This document shows, piece after piece, positions 36,107 to 45,618 of a stretch of 64,000 nucleotides of DNA. This DNA is from a bacterium (GTDB taxonomy: Bacteria; UBA8248): positions 288,001 through 352,000 of the forward strand of contig CBDCRP010000002.1 of the NCBI GenBank assembly GCA_965221165.1, written 5' to 3'. The translations under genes were made by a program, and so were the position numbers. The notes below the pieces were generated by a model. It made no database searches. It was not told the DNA's origin and was given only the letters and a program-made list of their open reading frames with translations. Within the stretch, counting starts at the first letter, position 1. Each line of letters starts with the position of its first letter.

Positions 36107-36811
36107 TTAGGAAAACCGCTCGCGCAGGAGCGTCCATACGGCGATAAAACCGTCTCGCCAGGTTATCTTCTTTCCCTCCGCGTAGGTGCGCCCGTAGTAG
36201 GAAATCGGAACCTCGTAGATGCGCCACTTCGCGGGTTTCAGGATTTTTGCGGTGAACTCCGGCTCGAAATCGAACCCTTTGGCCCGGATTTTGATGTCCT
36301 TCACCACCTCGCGCCGGAACATCTTGTAGCAGGTTTCCATGTCGGTGAGCGTGCAGTTGAACAATATGTTGGCCAGGGTGGTCAGCATATGGTTGCCCAC
36401 CTTGTGCCAGAACATGTGCACGCGCTGGGGTTTTCCTCCAAAACGCGTTCCGTACACCACGTCGGCCGCTCCTCGGCGTATCGGATCATACAAATCACCG
36501 AATTCGGCGGGGTCGTATTCGAGATCGGCATCCTGAACGACGATCACGTCCCCGCCGGCCGCTGCGAAGCCATCGCACAGAGCGGCTCCTTTGCCTTCGT
36601 TTTTCTCCCGGTAAATGACGCGCACGCCGTCGTTTTCGATTTCAGCCAGGATGTCGCGGGTGCCGTCCGTGCTGCCGTCATCCACGATGAGGAGTTCGAT
36701 GTTCATCGGCACCGCCTGGACGCGTGAGACGATTTCGCGAATCGTGTCGCGCTCGTTGTAGCACGGCATCACAACGCTCAGTAAATCGGGCATCCGGCCA
36801 TCATCGTTCAC
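36107..36811 (-). CDS. Glycosyltransferase family 2 (DPM1-like)
   Basis: SVVMPCYNE, VDDGSTDGT, NEGKG, QDADLEYDP, DMETCYK, GKKI. Start uncertain (GTG with GGGGAG RBS). Confidence 0.92.
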   Translation of the reverse strand: MNDDGRMPDLLSVVMPCYNERDTIREIVSRVQAVPMNIELLIVDDGSTDGTRDILAEIENDGVRVIYREKNEGKGAALCDGFAAAGGDVIVVQDADLEYDPAEFGDLYDPIRRGAADVVYGTRFGGKPQRVHMFWHKVGNHMLTTLANILFNCTLTDMETCYKMFRREVVKDIKIRAKGFDFEPEFTAKILKPAKWRIYEVPISYYGRTYAEGKKITWRDGFIAVWTLLRERFS

Positions 36812-37009
36812 GACAGTTCTCCCCATCTGAGGGTCGAGCACTCCATGTAATCTACGCTGGCATCGCGCGAAAGACTACATGCTCCCCCCCGCACGGTCAA
36901 TTTGTTTTTTCAGCGCCTACGGCTCTCCGGCTTGGCAAGCGCCGCCCCCCCGTGAGAGTATTCGCCTCCAAGTGTTTATCGAAAATCACCACAATTCCGG
37001 GATCATCAA

Positions 37010-38137
37010 ATGCCGTCACCTCTGATTGAACGAATGAAGACGCTGTGCTCCCTGCCCGGCCCGCCCGGCCACGAGGGCGCCGTGAGAGACGCCATCGCGG
37101 AGATGGTGAAAGACAGCGCGAGCGAGTTGCGGCGCGACGCCATTGGAAACCTCATCGCCCGCCACGAAGCGAACGAGGCGGCGCCTCACCTCCTCCTGGA
37201 ATGCCATATGGACGAGGTAGGCCTCATCGTCACGCGCGTGGAGGCGGGCGGCGCGATCAGGTTTGAAAAAGTGGGCTTCGTGGCGGATGCGATTTTTCCG
37301 GGACGCGAAGTCGCGCTCCTGACGCTGGACGGGAACCTTCACCGCGGGGTCGTCAACGTGCGGAGCGGACACCTCCAGTCCTTACAGGGCCAGGAACATC
37401 CCGGCGTCGATGAGATGTGGATAGACTTGGGCGCCTCGGGTGATGAAAAAATTCGCGCGCTCGGAATCGAAGCGGGCACGCCGGGCGTATTCCACGGCCC
37501 TTTCACGCAGCTACCCGGAGGAGCGTGGAAATCGAAGGCGGTGGACAACCGCTCGGGCTGCGCCCTGTGCGTGGAGGCGTTCATCAACACGGCCAACTCC
37601 TTGTCGGACAAGCTCCGCCTGAGCGCCGCCTTTTGCGCCCAGGAGGAAATCGGCGGACGCGGCGCTTCGGTGCTTTCACTCGGTGAAAAAGGGGACGACC
37701 CGCCCTCTCTCGCCATCGTGCTCGACAACGTGCCCTCCGACGGTCCGGGCCGCTCCGACGCCCGGGGCTCCAAGATCGGAGCGGGGCCGGTATTGAGGAG
37801 ATACGACCACCAGCCCATGAGCCTGTACGGCTACATCACCCCGCCCGAGTTGATCCGGTGGGTAAAAGACACGGCGAGCGACGCCCGCGTGCCCTTACAG
37901 GAAGACGTGTTCCTGGGCACTTTTCTGGATTCCGCCACCTTGAGCAAATCCCGGCCGGGCGGATTGCCCACCGTGCCGATAAATCTGCCCAGGCGTTATT
38001 CCCATAGTCCGGTGGAGACCTTCATGGAATCCGACCTGGAAGCCACAGCCGCGCTCATCGGCGCTCTTTTGCGCTCCGCCGCCGAGGGAGGAGCGCCGAA
38101 CCTGAGGCGGGACTATCTGTCACCCTCTGATGCGTAA
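37010..38137 (+). CDS. M42 family metallopeptidase
   Basis: PGPPGHE, HMDEVG, KAVDNR, QEEIG..GA, RYSHSP.E. Confidence 0.9.
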   Translation: MPSPLIERMKTLCSLPGPPGHEGAVRDAIAEMVKDSASELRRDAIGNLIARHEANEAAPHLLLECHMDEVGLIVTRVEAGGAIRFEKVGFVADAIFPGREVALLTLDGNLHRGVVNVRSGHLQSLQGQEHPGVDEMWIDLGASGDEKIRALGIEAGTPGVFHGPFTQLPGGAWKSKAVDNRSGCALCVEAFINTANSLSDKLRLSAAFCAQEEIGGRGASVLSLGEKGDDPPSLAIVLDNVPSDGPGRSDARGSKIGAGPVLRRYDHQPMSLYGYITPPELIRWVKDTASDARVPLQEDVFLGTFLDSATLSKSRPGGLPTVPINLPRRYSHSPVETFMESDLEATAALIGALLRSAAEGGAPNLRRDYLSPSDA

Positions 38138-38175
38138 AATCTCACGAAAACCGTATTCCTGGAGAAACGAAACCT

Positions 38176-39027
38176 GTGTCGAAAGTAATTCGCGTCGCGC
38201 ATAGCCCGGATTCGGACGATGCCTTCATGTTCCACGCCCTGGCGAACGAAAAGATCGCGCAGGGTGCGTATGAGTTCACCCATAAGCTCCATGACATCGA
38301 AACGCTGAACCAGGCCGCTTTCGAGGGCAAATACGAGGTGAGCGCCATCAGCTTTCACGCGTATTGCCATCTCGCCGATCGCTACGCCATTTTGCCGCAC
38401 GGGGCGAGTTTTGGGGACGACTATGGCCCCGTCATCATCTCGCGCGAGCCGATGACGCCAGAGGCGCTCCGGGATGTGGAAATCGCCATCCCCGGCCTGC
38501 TGACGACGGCCTATCTCACGCTCCGCCTTTACCTGGGGGGCGAGGAGCCGAAACACCGCGTGGTGCATTTCGACCAAATCATGGACGAGGTGAAAACAGG
38601 AGCCTCGCAGGCGGGTCTTTTGATTCACGAGGGCCAGCTCACCTTTGAGGAGGAGGGCTTCCATCTCGTGGAGGATCTGGGCAAGTGGTGGATGCGCGAA
38701 ACCGGCGGCCCCCTGCCCCTGGGGTGCAACGTCATCCGGAAAGATTTAGGGCCCGAGGTCGTGGGCGAGGTGAGCCGCCTGCTTCACCAAAGCATCGTCT
38801 ACGCGCTCGAGAACCGCGAGGAGGCGCTCGACCACGCCATGGCCTACGCCAGAGACTTACCGCGCGAGAAGGCGGACGTTTTCGTCGGCATGTACGTGAA
38901 CGAGTGGACGCGCTCATACGGCGACGCCGGGCGCAAGGCCGTCTCCACCCTGTTGGGCCGCGCAGCGGAGGCGGGCATCATCCCCGCAAGGATAGAGCCG
39001 GAGTTCATATCCTCACCCACCGACTGA
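38176..39027 (+). CDS. mqnD: 1,4-dihydroxy-6-naphthoate synthase (futalosine menaquinone pathway)
   Basis: HSPDSDDAFMF, DIETLN, YGP, PG..TTA, IHEGQLT, PLPLG, MYVNE. Confidence 0.9.
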   Translation: MSKVIRVAHSPDSDDAFMFHALANEKIAQGAYEFTHKLHDIETLNQAAFEGKYEVSAISFHAYCHLADRYAILPHGASFGDDYGPVIISREPMTPEALRDVEIAIPGLLTTAYLTLRLYLGGEEPKHRVVHFDQIMDEVKTGASQAGLLIHEGQLTFEEEGFHLVEDLGKWWMRETGGPLPLGCNVIRKDLGPEVVGEVSRLLHQSIVYALENREEALDHAMAYARDLPREKADVFVGMYVNEWTRSYGDAGRKAVSTLLGRAAEAGIIPARIEPEFISSPTD

Positions 39028-39044
39028 AAAGCGGAGGCGGATTC

Positions 39045-39428
39045 ATGCTGGAGGGAATGCACCACATATCCATCAGCGTCGATGATCTGGAAGAAGCGCG
39101 CGATTTTTACGCCGGTCTTCTCGAACTTGCGGAAATCGACCGCCCGAACCTGCCGAACCCAGGCTACTGGTTCCAGGCGGGCGCCTGCCAGCTTCATCTC
39201 ACGGGTCGCCGGGATCGCGCGAGCGAAACGAGCATCCCGGGCACCGGTGCGGGCGAAACCCACTTCGCCTTCGCGGCGTCTGATCTGGAACCCGTGAAAC
39301 GAAGGCTGGAAATAGCGGGCGTGGACGTAAAAGACGGCGTCAACGCCGGGCTGGGACTGCGGCAACTTTTCTTCAGAGACCCCTCGGACAACCTCGTGGA
39401 AGTGTTCTGCACGCTGGACGAGTCTTGA
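39045..39428 (+). CDS. VOC family protein
   Basis: HHISI.VDDL, FYAGLL, HFAF, FFRDPSDNLVE; GGAGG RBS. Confidence 0.88.
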   Translation: MLEGMHHISISVDDLEEARDFYAGLLELAEIDRPNLPNPGYWFQAGACQLHLTGRRDRASETSIPGTGAGETHFAFAASDLEPVKRRLEIAGVDVKDGVNAGLGLRQLFFRDPSDNLVEVFCTLDES

Positions 39429-39432
39429 AACC

Positions 39433-39861
39433 ATGAAGCGAAACAGATTTCACCTGGCCGGGGCCGTGCCCTGGCGAAAAACGGAAGACGGGCTGAAAAT
39501 CCTCCTCATCACCACGCGCGACAGGCCCTTGGACGACGACTATCCCTGGTGGATAGTGCCCCAGGGCGGCGTGGAGCCGGGGCAGACCGCTCAAGAGGCC
39601 GCCATCGTCGAAACCTGGGAGGAGGCGGGTGTTCGCGGAGTAGCGTCACAGGAGCCGTTCGCGTACTACGACTATCCCACCGGCACGGGCAGGTGTAGAG
39701 TCGACATCTTCGAGATAGAGGTCGAAGCCGTCGAGGACGACTGGCCCGAGAGCCATGAGAGAAGACGCGTCTGGCTCTCTGCCGAGGACGCCCTGGAAAC
39801 CATTTCGGGAGAAACGCTTAGAAGCATCCTGAGAGAATTCTTGAGGAGAATGGGGGTTTAG
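39433..39861 (+). CDS. NUDIX hydrolase
   Basis: Nudix box PQGGVEPGQTAQEAAIVETWEEAG, WPE...RRR.W. Confidence 0.9.
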   Translation: MKRNRFHLAGAVPWRKTEDGLKILLITTRDRPLDDDYPWWIVPQGGVEPGQTAQEAAIVETWEEAGVRGVASQEPFAYYDYPTGTGRCRVDIFEIEVEAVEDDWPESHERRRVWLSAEDALETISGETLRSILREFLRRMGV

Positions 39862-40553
39862 GGCTTTCGCGCCGCGATGAGCGCGCGGTTGTAGTGCAGA
39901 TACAGGGGCGCGGCCAAAAAGCCTGCGGCCGCAAGCCATTCGACTTGCTCATTCAGGCTTAAGGGGTAATCGCCCTTCCCGTCGTAGCGCTCGCGATATT
40001 CACCGAACGTCATCGGCGCATCCACCCCACGGTTCAATCGATTCCACACGCGCTCATATTCAGCGGGCAAGTCGTCAAAGCGCGGATCGATCCGATCGAG
40101 TATGTAAAAAGCTCCCCCCGGACGCAGGAGTTCGAACACTTTTTCATAAACCGCCCGTTTGCTCTCGTGGGTAATTTCATGCAGGGCCTGGCTGCTGAAA
40201 GCAGCCGCATAGGGCGCACCGGGAAACTCGACCGCTTCCAGATTGTTCATATCGCCCGGAATCGGGTGGTATCTGCTCTCATAAGCGCATAAACGCTCGG
40301 AGGCGAGCTTCAACATCTCCTCCGAACTATCGAGACACGCCACCCTCACATGGGGAATGCGCTCGAAAATGAGGGCTTCCACCTGGCCCGAGCCTGCGCC
40401 CAAGTCCAGAATCCACCCATCCTCCGTTCCCACGCCCTCCAGCAGGGTGATGAGCAGATCGAGTTGATTCGCCCGGTCGGGATTGTCCCGCGCGGCGTTC
40501 ACCGCATCCCAGTTTTGGGCGAAACTCCCCTCCCCCCAGGCGTCTTTCGCCAT
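39858..40553 (-). CDS. Class I SAM-dependent methyltransferase
   Basis: ILDLGAGSG, LDSSEEML, ALHE, LRPGG. TGATG overlap with the upstream MmgE gene. Confidence 0.88.
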   Translation of the reverse strand: MAKDAWGEGSFAQNWDAVNAARDNPDRANQLDLLITLLEGVGTEDGWILDLGAGSGQVEALIFERIPHVRVACLDSSEEMLKLASERLCAYESRYHPIPGDMNNLEAVEFPGAPYAAAFSSQALHEITHESKRAVYEKVFELLRPGGAFYILDRIDPRFDDLPAEYERVWNRLNRGVDAPMTFGEYRERYDGKGDYPLSLNEQVEWLAAAGFLAAPLYLHYNRALIAARKP

Positions 40554-41935
40554 CAAGCGGCTCTGCAAGCGCTCATCAAGGCGTTTGCGTCCGGCGCCGT
40601 TTCGAATTCCAGTACGGCCTCCACGGCGGAATCGACATTGCCCTCAGGCAAAACGCGGCGCGCGTTTCCGCGAAACTTGGCCTCGACGTCCTCCCATTCC
40701 ATCGGGTTTTCCGGGTTTCCCCAGTTGACGGGTTCATCGCGCTCCAGGACGCGGCCGTCTTTGAGCGTCATCTTCACGCCGCCGTGCAGGTACTTTGGGA
40801 AGCGATCGGAATCCACTCCCGTGCACTTCACCTTCCCGGCGAGATCGAGCACCTGGGCGTCGCCTAAATGTTTTTCCTCGAAATCATCGAGCGTGGCCCG
40901 GCCCTTCACCACGTTGACCGCCAGGCAATAGGGCAGGCTGAAAAGGGCCGCATACTGCGTATTGGGCTTTCGCTTGTGCTCGATGGGTTCGCACACGATA
41001 TGGAGAATCGGCTCGGGCGTGATGGTCTCGATCTCATCGATCTCATCGATGGATATGCCCGCCTCGCGCACCAGGCTTTTCGCCGCGTCCATCGTCGCAT
41101 GATTGAAATGGCAGCAGGGATAGGGCTTGAACGAAATGCGCAGCGTCTCCCAGCGCTCGCCGAGTCCGCCCGCCAGGATTTCCGGGTCATAGGCCGGATC
41201 GCTCAAATGGGTGGCGTAGAGGCCGAACCTGCCCTCAAAGACTTTTCGGGGGCCCATGAACCCGTGGCCCGCCATCTGCGCGGCGGTGACGCCCGCATGA
41301 GAGGCCCACCCCGGATGGAAGCGCTTCACCCAGCTTCCATCGTCCAAGAATTCCTGAATTCCCGCCGCCTGGCTCCCGCACACGCCGAACGCGTTGGCTA
41401 TTTCCGCCGGTGCGTGCTTCATCAGACGCCCCATGATGGCCGCCGCCCCGAAAGCGCCGCATATGGGCGTGGCGTGGTAGCCCTCTGCATGAAACGCCCC
41501 CGGCACCGCGCCCCCGATTCTGGCGATGACCTCATAGCCCGCCACCATGGCCGCCAGGATGTCCTCCCCGCTCGCGCCGACGGCCTCGCCGGCGGCCAGG
41601 GCCGTTGGCACCACGCAGGCGCTCATGTGGGTGATGGAATCCGTATGGGTGTCGTCGAAATCAAGGCCGTGCACGTAGCTGCCGTTCACCATGGCGGTGT
41701 GCGCGACCGGCAGTTTGTCCCCGTATCGCCAAACGGTGGCCTGGGGCTTACCGCCCCAATCACGCGCCGTTTTCGTCACCGCGTCGGCGTAGGGCTCGCG
41801 TGTCGCGGCCAGGCCTATCCCCAAGGCGTCGAGAAGATGGCGTTTCGCCTTCTCGACCACCTGCTCGGGAATGTCTTCAAAAGATAAGTTCGCGGCGAAA
41901 CGCGCCAGCTTGTCGCTCATCGTTTCCATGTTCAT
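40553..41935 (-). CDS. MmgE/PrpD family protein
   Basis: NGSYVHGLDFDDTH, GYE, HATPICG, KRFHPGW, KPYPCCHFNH, FSLPY. Confidence 0.93.
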   Translation of the reverse strand: MNMETMSDKLARFAANLSFEDIPEQVVEKAKRHLLDALGIGLAATREPYADAVTKTARDWGGKPQATVWRYGDKLPVAHTAMVNGSYVHGLDFDDTHTDSITHMSACVVPTALAAGEAVGASGEDILAAMVAGYEVIARIGGAVPGAFHAEGYHATPICGAFGAAAIMGRLMKHAPAEIANAFGVCGSQAAGIQEFLDDGSWVKRFHPGWASHAGVTAAQMAGHGFMGPRKVFEGRFGLYATHLSDPAYDPEILAGGLGERWETLRISFKPYPCCHFNHATMDAAKSLVREAGISIDEIDEIETITPEPILHIVCEPIEHKRKPNTQYAALFSLPYCLAVNVVKGRATLDDFEEKHLGDAQVLDLAGKVKCTGVDSDRFPKYLHGGVKMTLKDGRVLERDEPVNWGNPENPMEWEDVEAKFRGNARRVLPEGNVDSAVEAVLEFETAPDANALMSACRAA

Positions 41936-41963
41936 CTCCTGAACTCGAATCCGGCTCTGCTCT

Positions 41964-43328
41964 CTAGGCGAGGTGCGCCACCAATGCGTTCATCCTCTCC
42001 ATCTCGTCCAAACTTGAAACGGCCTCTATCAATACATCTTGAGAGTCGGGCGAAATCACGCCACCCGTAATTTGCCTGAATTTCCCCGCCACCATGTCGA
42101 AATCCATCGGGTTTTGAGGCGATCCCTTGGGACCCGCGACACGGCTCTCGAGTTCTCGGCCATCATGGGTGCGAATCGCCACTTTCGCGGGAAAGGTTTT
42201 GGGGTAGAGTTTCTCGATCTCGGAGTCCACCGTGAAGCGCGCCCGCCGGGCGAGAGCCACAAGCTCGGGGTCGGCGATGCGCTCGGGCGTGAACTGCTCG
42301 GGCCCCGCCTGCCCGTCGGTGAGCGCCACCGCGGCGCAATACTCGATGTTCATCTGCGCGCGGAGCGAACTCACGGGTTCATAACGCCACGAACACTGTT
42401 GTTTCACCACGCTGTGGTTCATGATCTCCATTTCCCGCACGTCATCCGGCGCGACCCCATGCTCCCTGCGCAGGGCGAGAACGGCGTCGATGGTCGAATG
42501 CGTGCTCCCGCAGCAGCAATAGGGTTTGAAGGAAACGCCTTCCGTCTCCCAAAACGCGCCCAAATCCTTCGTCAGGGGTTCCGGATCCCCGCAGCCGCTG
42601 AACGCCCGTATAAAACCCCCGTCCTCGTACTCGAAAATCTCCTTGGGGCCCGTATAGCCCCTCCCGGCGAGGGAGGCGGCCATGAGGCCGCTTTGGGCCG
42701 CGCGGCCCGCGTGAAAGCGCTTCGTCTCCGAGCCGTCGCACTGAAAAGCCCATGTTCCCGCGCCCTGCGTCCCCGCCAGGCCTAAGGCGTTGGCCGTTTG
42801 CTCGGGGTTTAGTTTCATCAGATGCGCCGCAGCAGCAGCCGCGCCAAAGGGGCCGCACAGGCCCGTGAGATGAAATCCCCGCCTGCGCACCTCCAGGGCG
42901 TCGGCTGCGATGCTCGCGCGGATCATGGTTTCATAACCCACCGCGCAAGCGGTCATAAAGGCCGCACCACCCACCCCCATCTTCTCGGCAAGCGGAAAAG
43001 CTGCGGCGAAAACCACCGCGCCCGGGTGGAGCTTGGCGCCGCTGTGGTAGTCATCGAGTTCGAACGCGTGCATCCAGGTGCCCAGGCAAAGCGCGACGGG
43101 CCCCACCGGCCCGCGCCATGCGTTTCTCCAGAGGGTGGCTTCCGCGCTGCCGCCTTGTTCCTGGATGAAACCGGACAGTATTCGCCCCGATTCGGTGGTC
43201 GTGCCGTACAAGCCACAACCGAGCGCATCCAGAAAATGCTTGCCGATGCAGGCGCGCAAATTATCGGATAAATCATCATAGGAAGTTTCGCTGATGAATC
43301 GCGCGAGTTCGCGCGTATGGCCGTTCAT
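41964..43328 (-). CDS. MmgE/PrpD family protein
   Basis: HAFELDDYH, LHPG, GFHLTG, KRFHAG, KPYCCCGSTH, PKGSPQNP. Confidence 0.93.
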   Translation of the reverse strand: MNGHTRELARFISETSYDDLSDNLRACIGKHFLDALGCGLYGTTTESGRILSGFIQEQGGSAEATLWRNAWRGPVGPVALCLGTWMHAFELDDYHSGAKLHPGAVVFAAAFPLAEKMGVGGAAFMTACAVGYETMIRASIAADALEVRRRGFHLTGLCGPFGAAAAAAHLMKLNPEQTANALGLAGTQGAGTWAFQCDGSETKRFHAGRAAQSGLMAASLAGRGYTGPKEIFEYEDGGFIRAFSGCGDPEPLTKDLGAFWETEGVSFKPYCCCGSTHSTIDAVLALRREHGVAPDDVREMEIMNHSVVKQQCSWRYEPVSSLRAQMNIEYCAAVALTDGQAGPEQFTPERIADPELVALARRARFTVDSEIEKLYPKTFPAKVAIRTHDGRELESRVAGPKGSPQNPMDFDMVAGKFRQITGGVISPDSQDVLIEAVSSLDEMERMNALVAHLA

Positions 43329-43337
43329 TCTCTCACC

Positions 43338-44213
43338 TCATTCCTTCGGCAGATACTCTGCTTCTATCGCATGATAGGCGTCATAATCGAGGAGTCGATA
43401 GAGCTCTTTGCGCGTCATCATGTTGTCCAGATAGCCCGCCATCGTGCCTTTTTCCTTAAGTTCATCGAGCAGCGATTCGCCCGCCCTGAGCATCGCGCGC
43501 ATGATGCTCACCGGGAACAGGATGAGCTTATACCCCATCTCCTCGAAATCCGCTTTGGGAATATGCGGCGTTTTGCCGAACTCCGTCATGTTGGCCAGCA
43601 GAGGACCCGGGCAACGCTCGGCATACTCGATGAACTCATCGCGCGTCTCGAGCGCCTCGATGAAGATGACATCGGCCCCGGCAGCGAGCGCGGCCTTGCC
43701 GCGCTCCACGGCCTCATCCATCCCGTGGACGTATTTGGCGTCGACGCGCGCCATGACGGCGAAATCCGGATCCGCCCGATGATCCACGGCGGCGCGGATT
43801 TTCCCTATAAATTCCTCACGGCTCACCACCTGTTTCCCGTCCAGGTGGCCGCACCGCTTGGGCAGCACCTGGTCTTCTATCTGAATGCACGCCACGCCCG
43901 CCCGCTCGAAATCACGCACCGTGCGCACGACGTTCACCGCGTTGCCGTAACCTGTATCCACGTCTACCACCAGCGGGATATCGACGGCGTCCGCTATATA
44001 CCTCGCGTTCATGAGCACCTCGCTCGAGGACGCCAGTCCATTGTCGGGCAGACCCGCGAGGGCATTCACCACGCCCGCCCCCGACATATAGACGGCCTCG
44101 AATCCCTTCGAAGCGATGAGTCTGGCCGTCAGCGCGTCGTGCGCGCCGGGGATGATCGTCGCCACCGGGCGTTCGAGGATTTCTTTGAATTTTTTTCGCA
44201 CAGAACCGGCCAT
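43338..44213 (-). CDS. prpB: Methylisocitrate lyase-like (ICL/PEP mutase family)
   Basis: PGAHDA, YMSGA, GLPD, DVDTGYG, IEDQ..PKRCGH, ANMTEFGKTP. Confidence 0.8.
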   Translation of the reverse strand: MAGSVRKKFKEILERPVATIIPGAHDALTARLIASKGFEAVYMSGAGVVNALAGLPDNGLASSSEVLMNARYIADAVDIPLVVDVDTGYGNAVNVVRTVRDFERAGVACIQIEDQVLPKRCGHLDGKQVVSREEFIGKIRAAVDHRADPDFAVMARVDAKYVHGMDEAVERGKAALAAGADVIFIEALETRDEFIEYAERCPGPLLANMTEFGKTPHIPKADFEEMGYKLILFPVSIMRAMLRAGESLLDELKEKGTMAGYLDNMMTRKELYRLLDYDAYHAIEAEYLPKE

Positions 44214-44458
44214 ACATCCTTCCTTCCCGGAAATATCGATGGATTCAAGCGATGACCGCCTTCTCGCTAAACCGCATCTTCTTGTTGATATCAATGGACT
44301 TATAAGCCACCCTCGCTTCAAGATAAGCTCCCTTTATTCTTTCACACCATCCGGCATTCTCGCCAGGGCCTCAAGCTGATTTTTCCTTGACAAACAGCCG
44401 AAGAAAAGTGACATAATTTGAGCGGCCATGATGTTTGGTTGCGGGGGAGGGACGCCGA

Positions 44459-44995
44459 ATGACGAGTGAATCCGAAGACGTGAATTTCGATGAAAAATAT
44501 GAAGACGAAGCGAGAGTCAACTCCGATCTCAAGCGCGCCCTGGATCTTCTGAGCGAAGGAGGCGCCGCCCACTCGAAGGGAGACCTCGACAAAGCCATCG
44601 AATTGTATCGAAACTCCATCGCCTACTACCCCACCGCGGACGCGCACACCTATCTGGGCTGGATGTACAGCAAGCAGGGCCGCCTGGAGGAAGCAATCGA
44701 AGAGTGCCACATGGCCATCGAAGTCGACGATGAGTTCGGAAACCCATACAACGACATCGGTTGCTATCTCATGCAGTTGGGCGAACTCGACGAGGCGGCC
44801 GGGTGGCTCGAGAAAGCGAAATCCGCGCCGAGGTACGAGCCGCGCCATTTCCCCTACATGAACCTGGGGCGCATCTACGTGCAACAAAAAGAATACGGCA
44901 AGGCGCAAGGGGAGATTTACGAGGCCATCAAGCGCGCACCCGAACTGGATAGTCTGAAAAAAAACTTCCTGGAGCTTGTGTCGCTCCTCAACTAG
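44459..44995 (+). CDS. Tetratricopeptide repeat protein
   Basis: PTADAHTYLGW, GNPYNDIG, PYMNLGRIY TPR helices. Confidence 0.88.
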   Translation: MTSESEDVNFDEKYEDEARVNSDLKRALDLLSEGGAAHSKGDLDKAIELYRNSIAYYPTADAHTYLGWMYSKQGRLEEAIEECHMAIEVDDEFGNPYNDIGCYLMQLGELDEAAGWLEKAKSAPRYEPRHFPYMNLGRIYVQQKEYGKAQGEIYEAIKRAPELDSLKKNFLELVSLLN

Positions 44996-45006
44996 ACATG
45001 AACACG

Positions 45007-45042
45007 AAAAAAGCCGGCCGCGAAGGCCGGCTTTTTTCTTTT
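45007..45042. terminator. Bidirectional intrinsic terminator
   Basis: A6-GCCGGCC-GCGAA-GGCCGGC-T6. Confidence 0.85.
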
Positions 45043-45055
45043 TGCCGCTCAAAAA

Positions 45056-45508
45056 CTAGCCGGGAATCTTGTCCCTCGTATCCTCTTCCATCCATTCGTT
45101 TTCCACATAGATCGTCTTTGCGGCGTCCCGGTTGGGACAATTGCCATAGGTGAAGACGAGTTCGGCATCTTCTGTTTCGCTCGGGTTGTAGAGGCCGTGA
45201 ATCTCGCCCGCCGCGCAATAGACGAACGTGCCTGAGGGCACCGTGTGTTCTTCCCTCTCCTCTCCCATCCAGACGATGATCGGGCCTTTGACGATGTAGA
45301 ACGTCGCGTCGCACACATGGTAGTGCCTCTGGTTACGGCCCTGGGGCGGAATGATGGTGCGCCCCATCGTGATGGTCTGGGTGCCGGTGGCTTTGCTGTC
45401 CACGCCCCATGCGATGATGAGGGGCGGCTCATACTTCTTGTCTACGCCGATGGCCGTGGAATCAATGAGACACCAACGCTGTTTGGTGGGTGCGGATAAA
45501 ACAGACAT
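45056..45508 (-). CDS. Cupin domain protein
   Basis: RNQRHYH...FYIVKG and FVY.AAGEIHGLYN; AGGAG RBS. Confidence 0.85.
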   Translation of the reverse strand: MSVLSAPTKQRWCLIDSTAIGVDKKYEPPLIIAWGVDSKATGTQTITMGRTIIPPQGRNQRHYHVCDATFYIVKGPIIVWMGEEREEHTVPSGTFVYCAAGEIHGLYNPSETEDAELVFTYGNCPNRDAAKTIYVENEWMEEDTRDKIPG

Positions 45509-45618
45509 GTGAACTCCTTTTGATGGTAAGCGATAGGAAATGGTTCGTTCTCTTGAAAGCCGTGTAATCTAGTCGTTCGGCTCTCAGAGCGCAAGGGCGG
45601 AGCCGAAACGGCTGAGGC

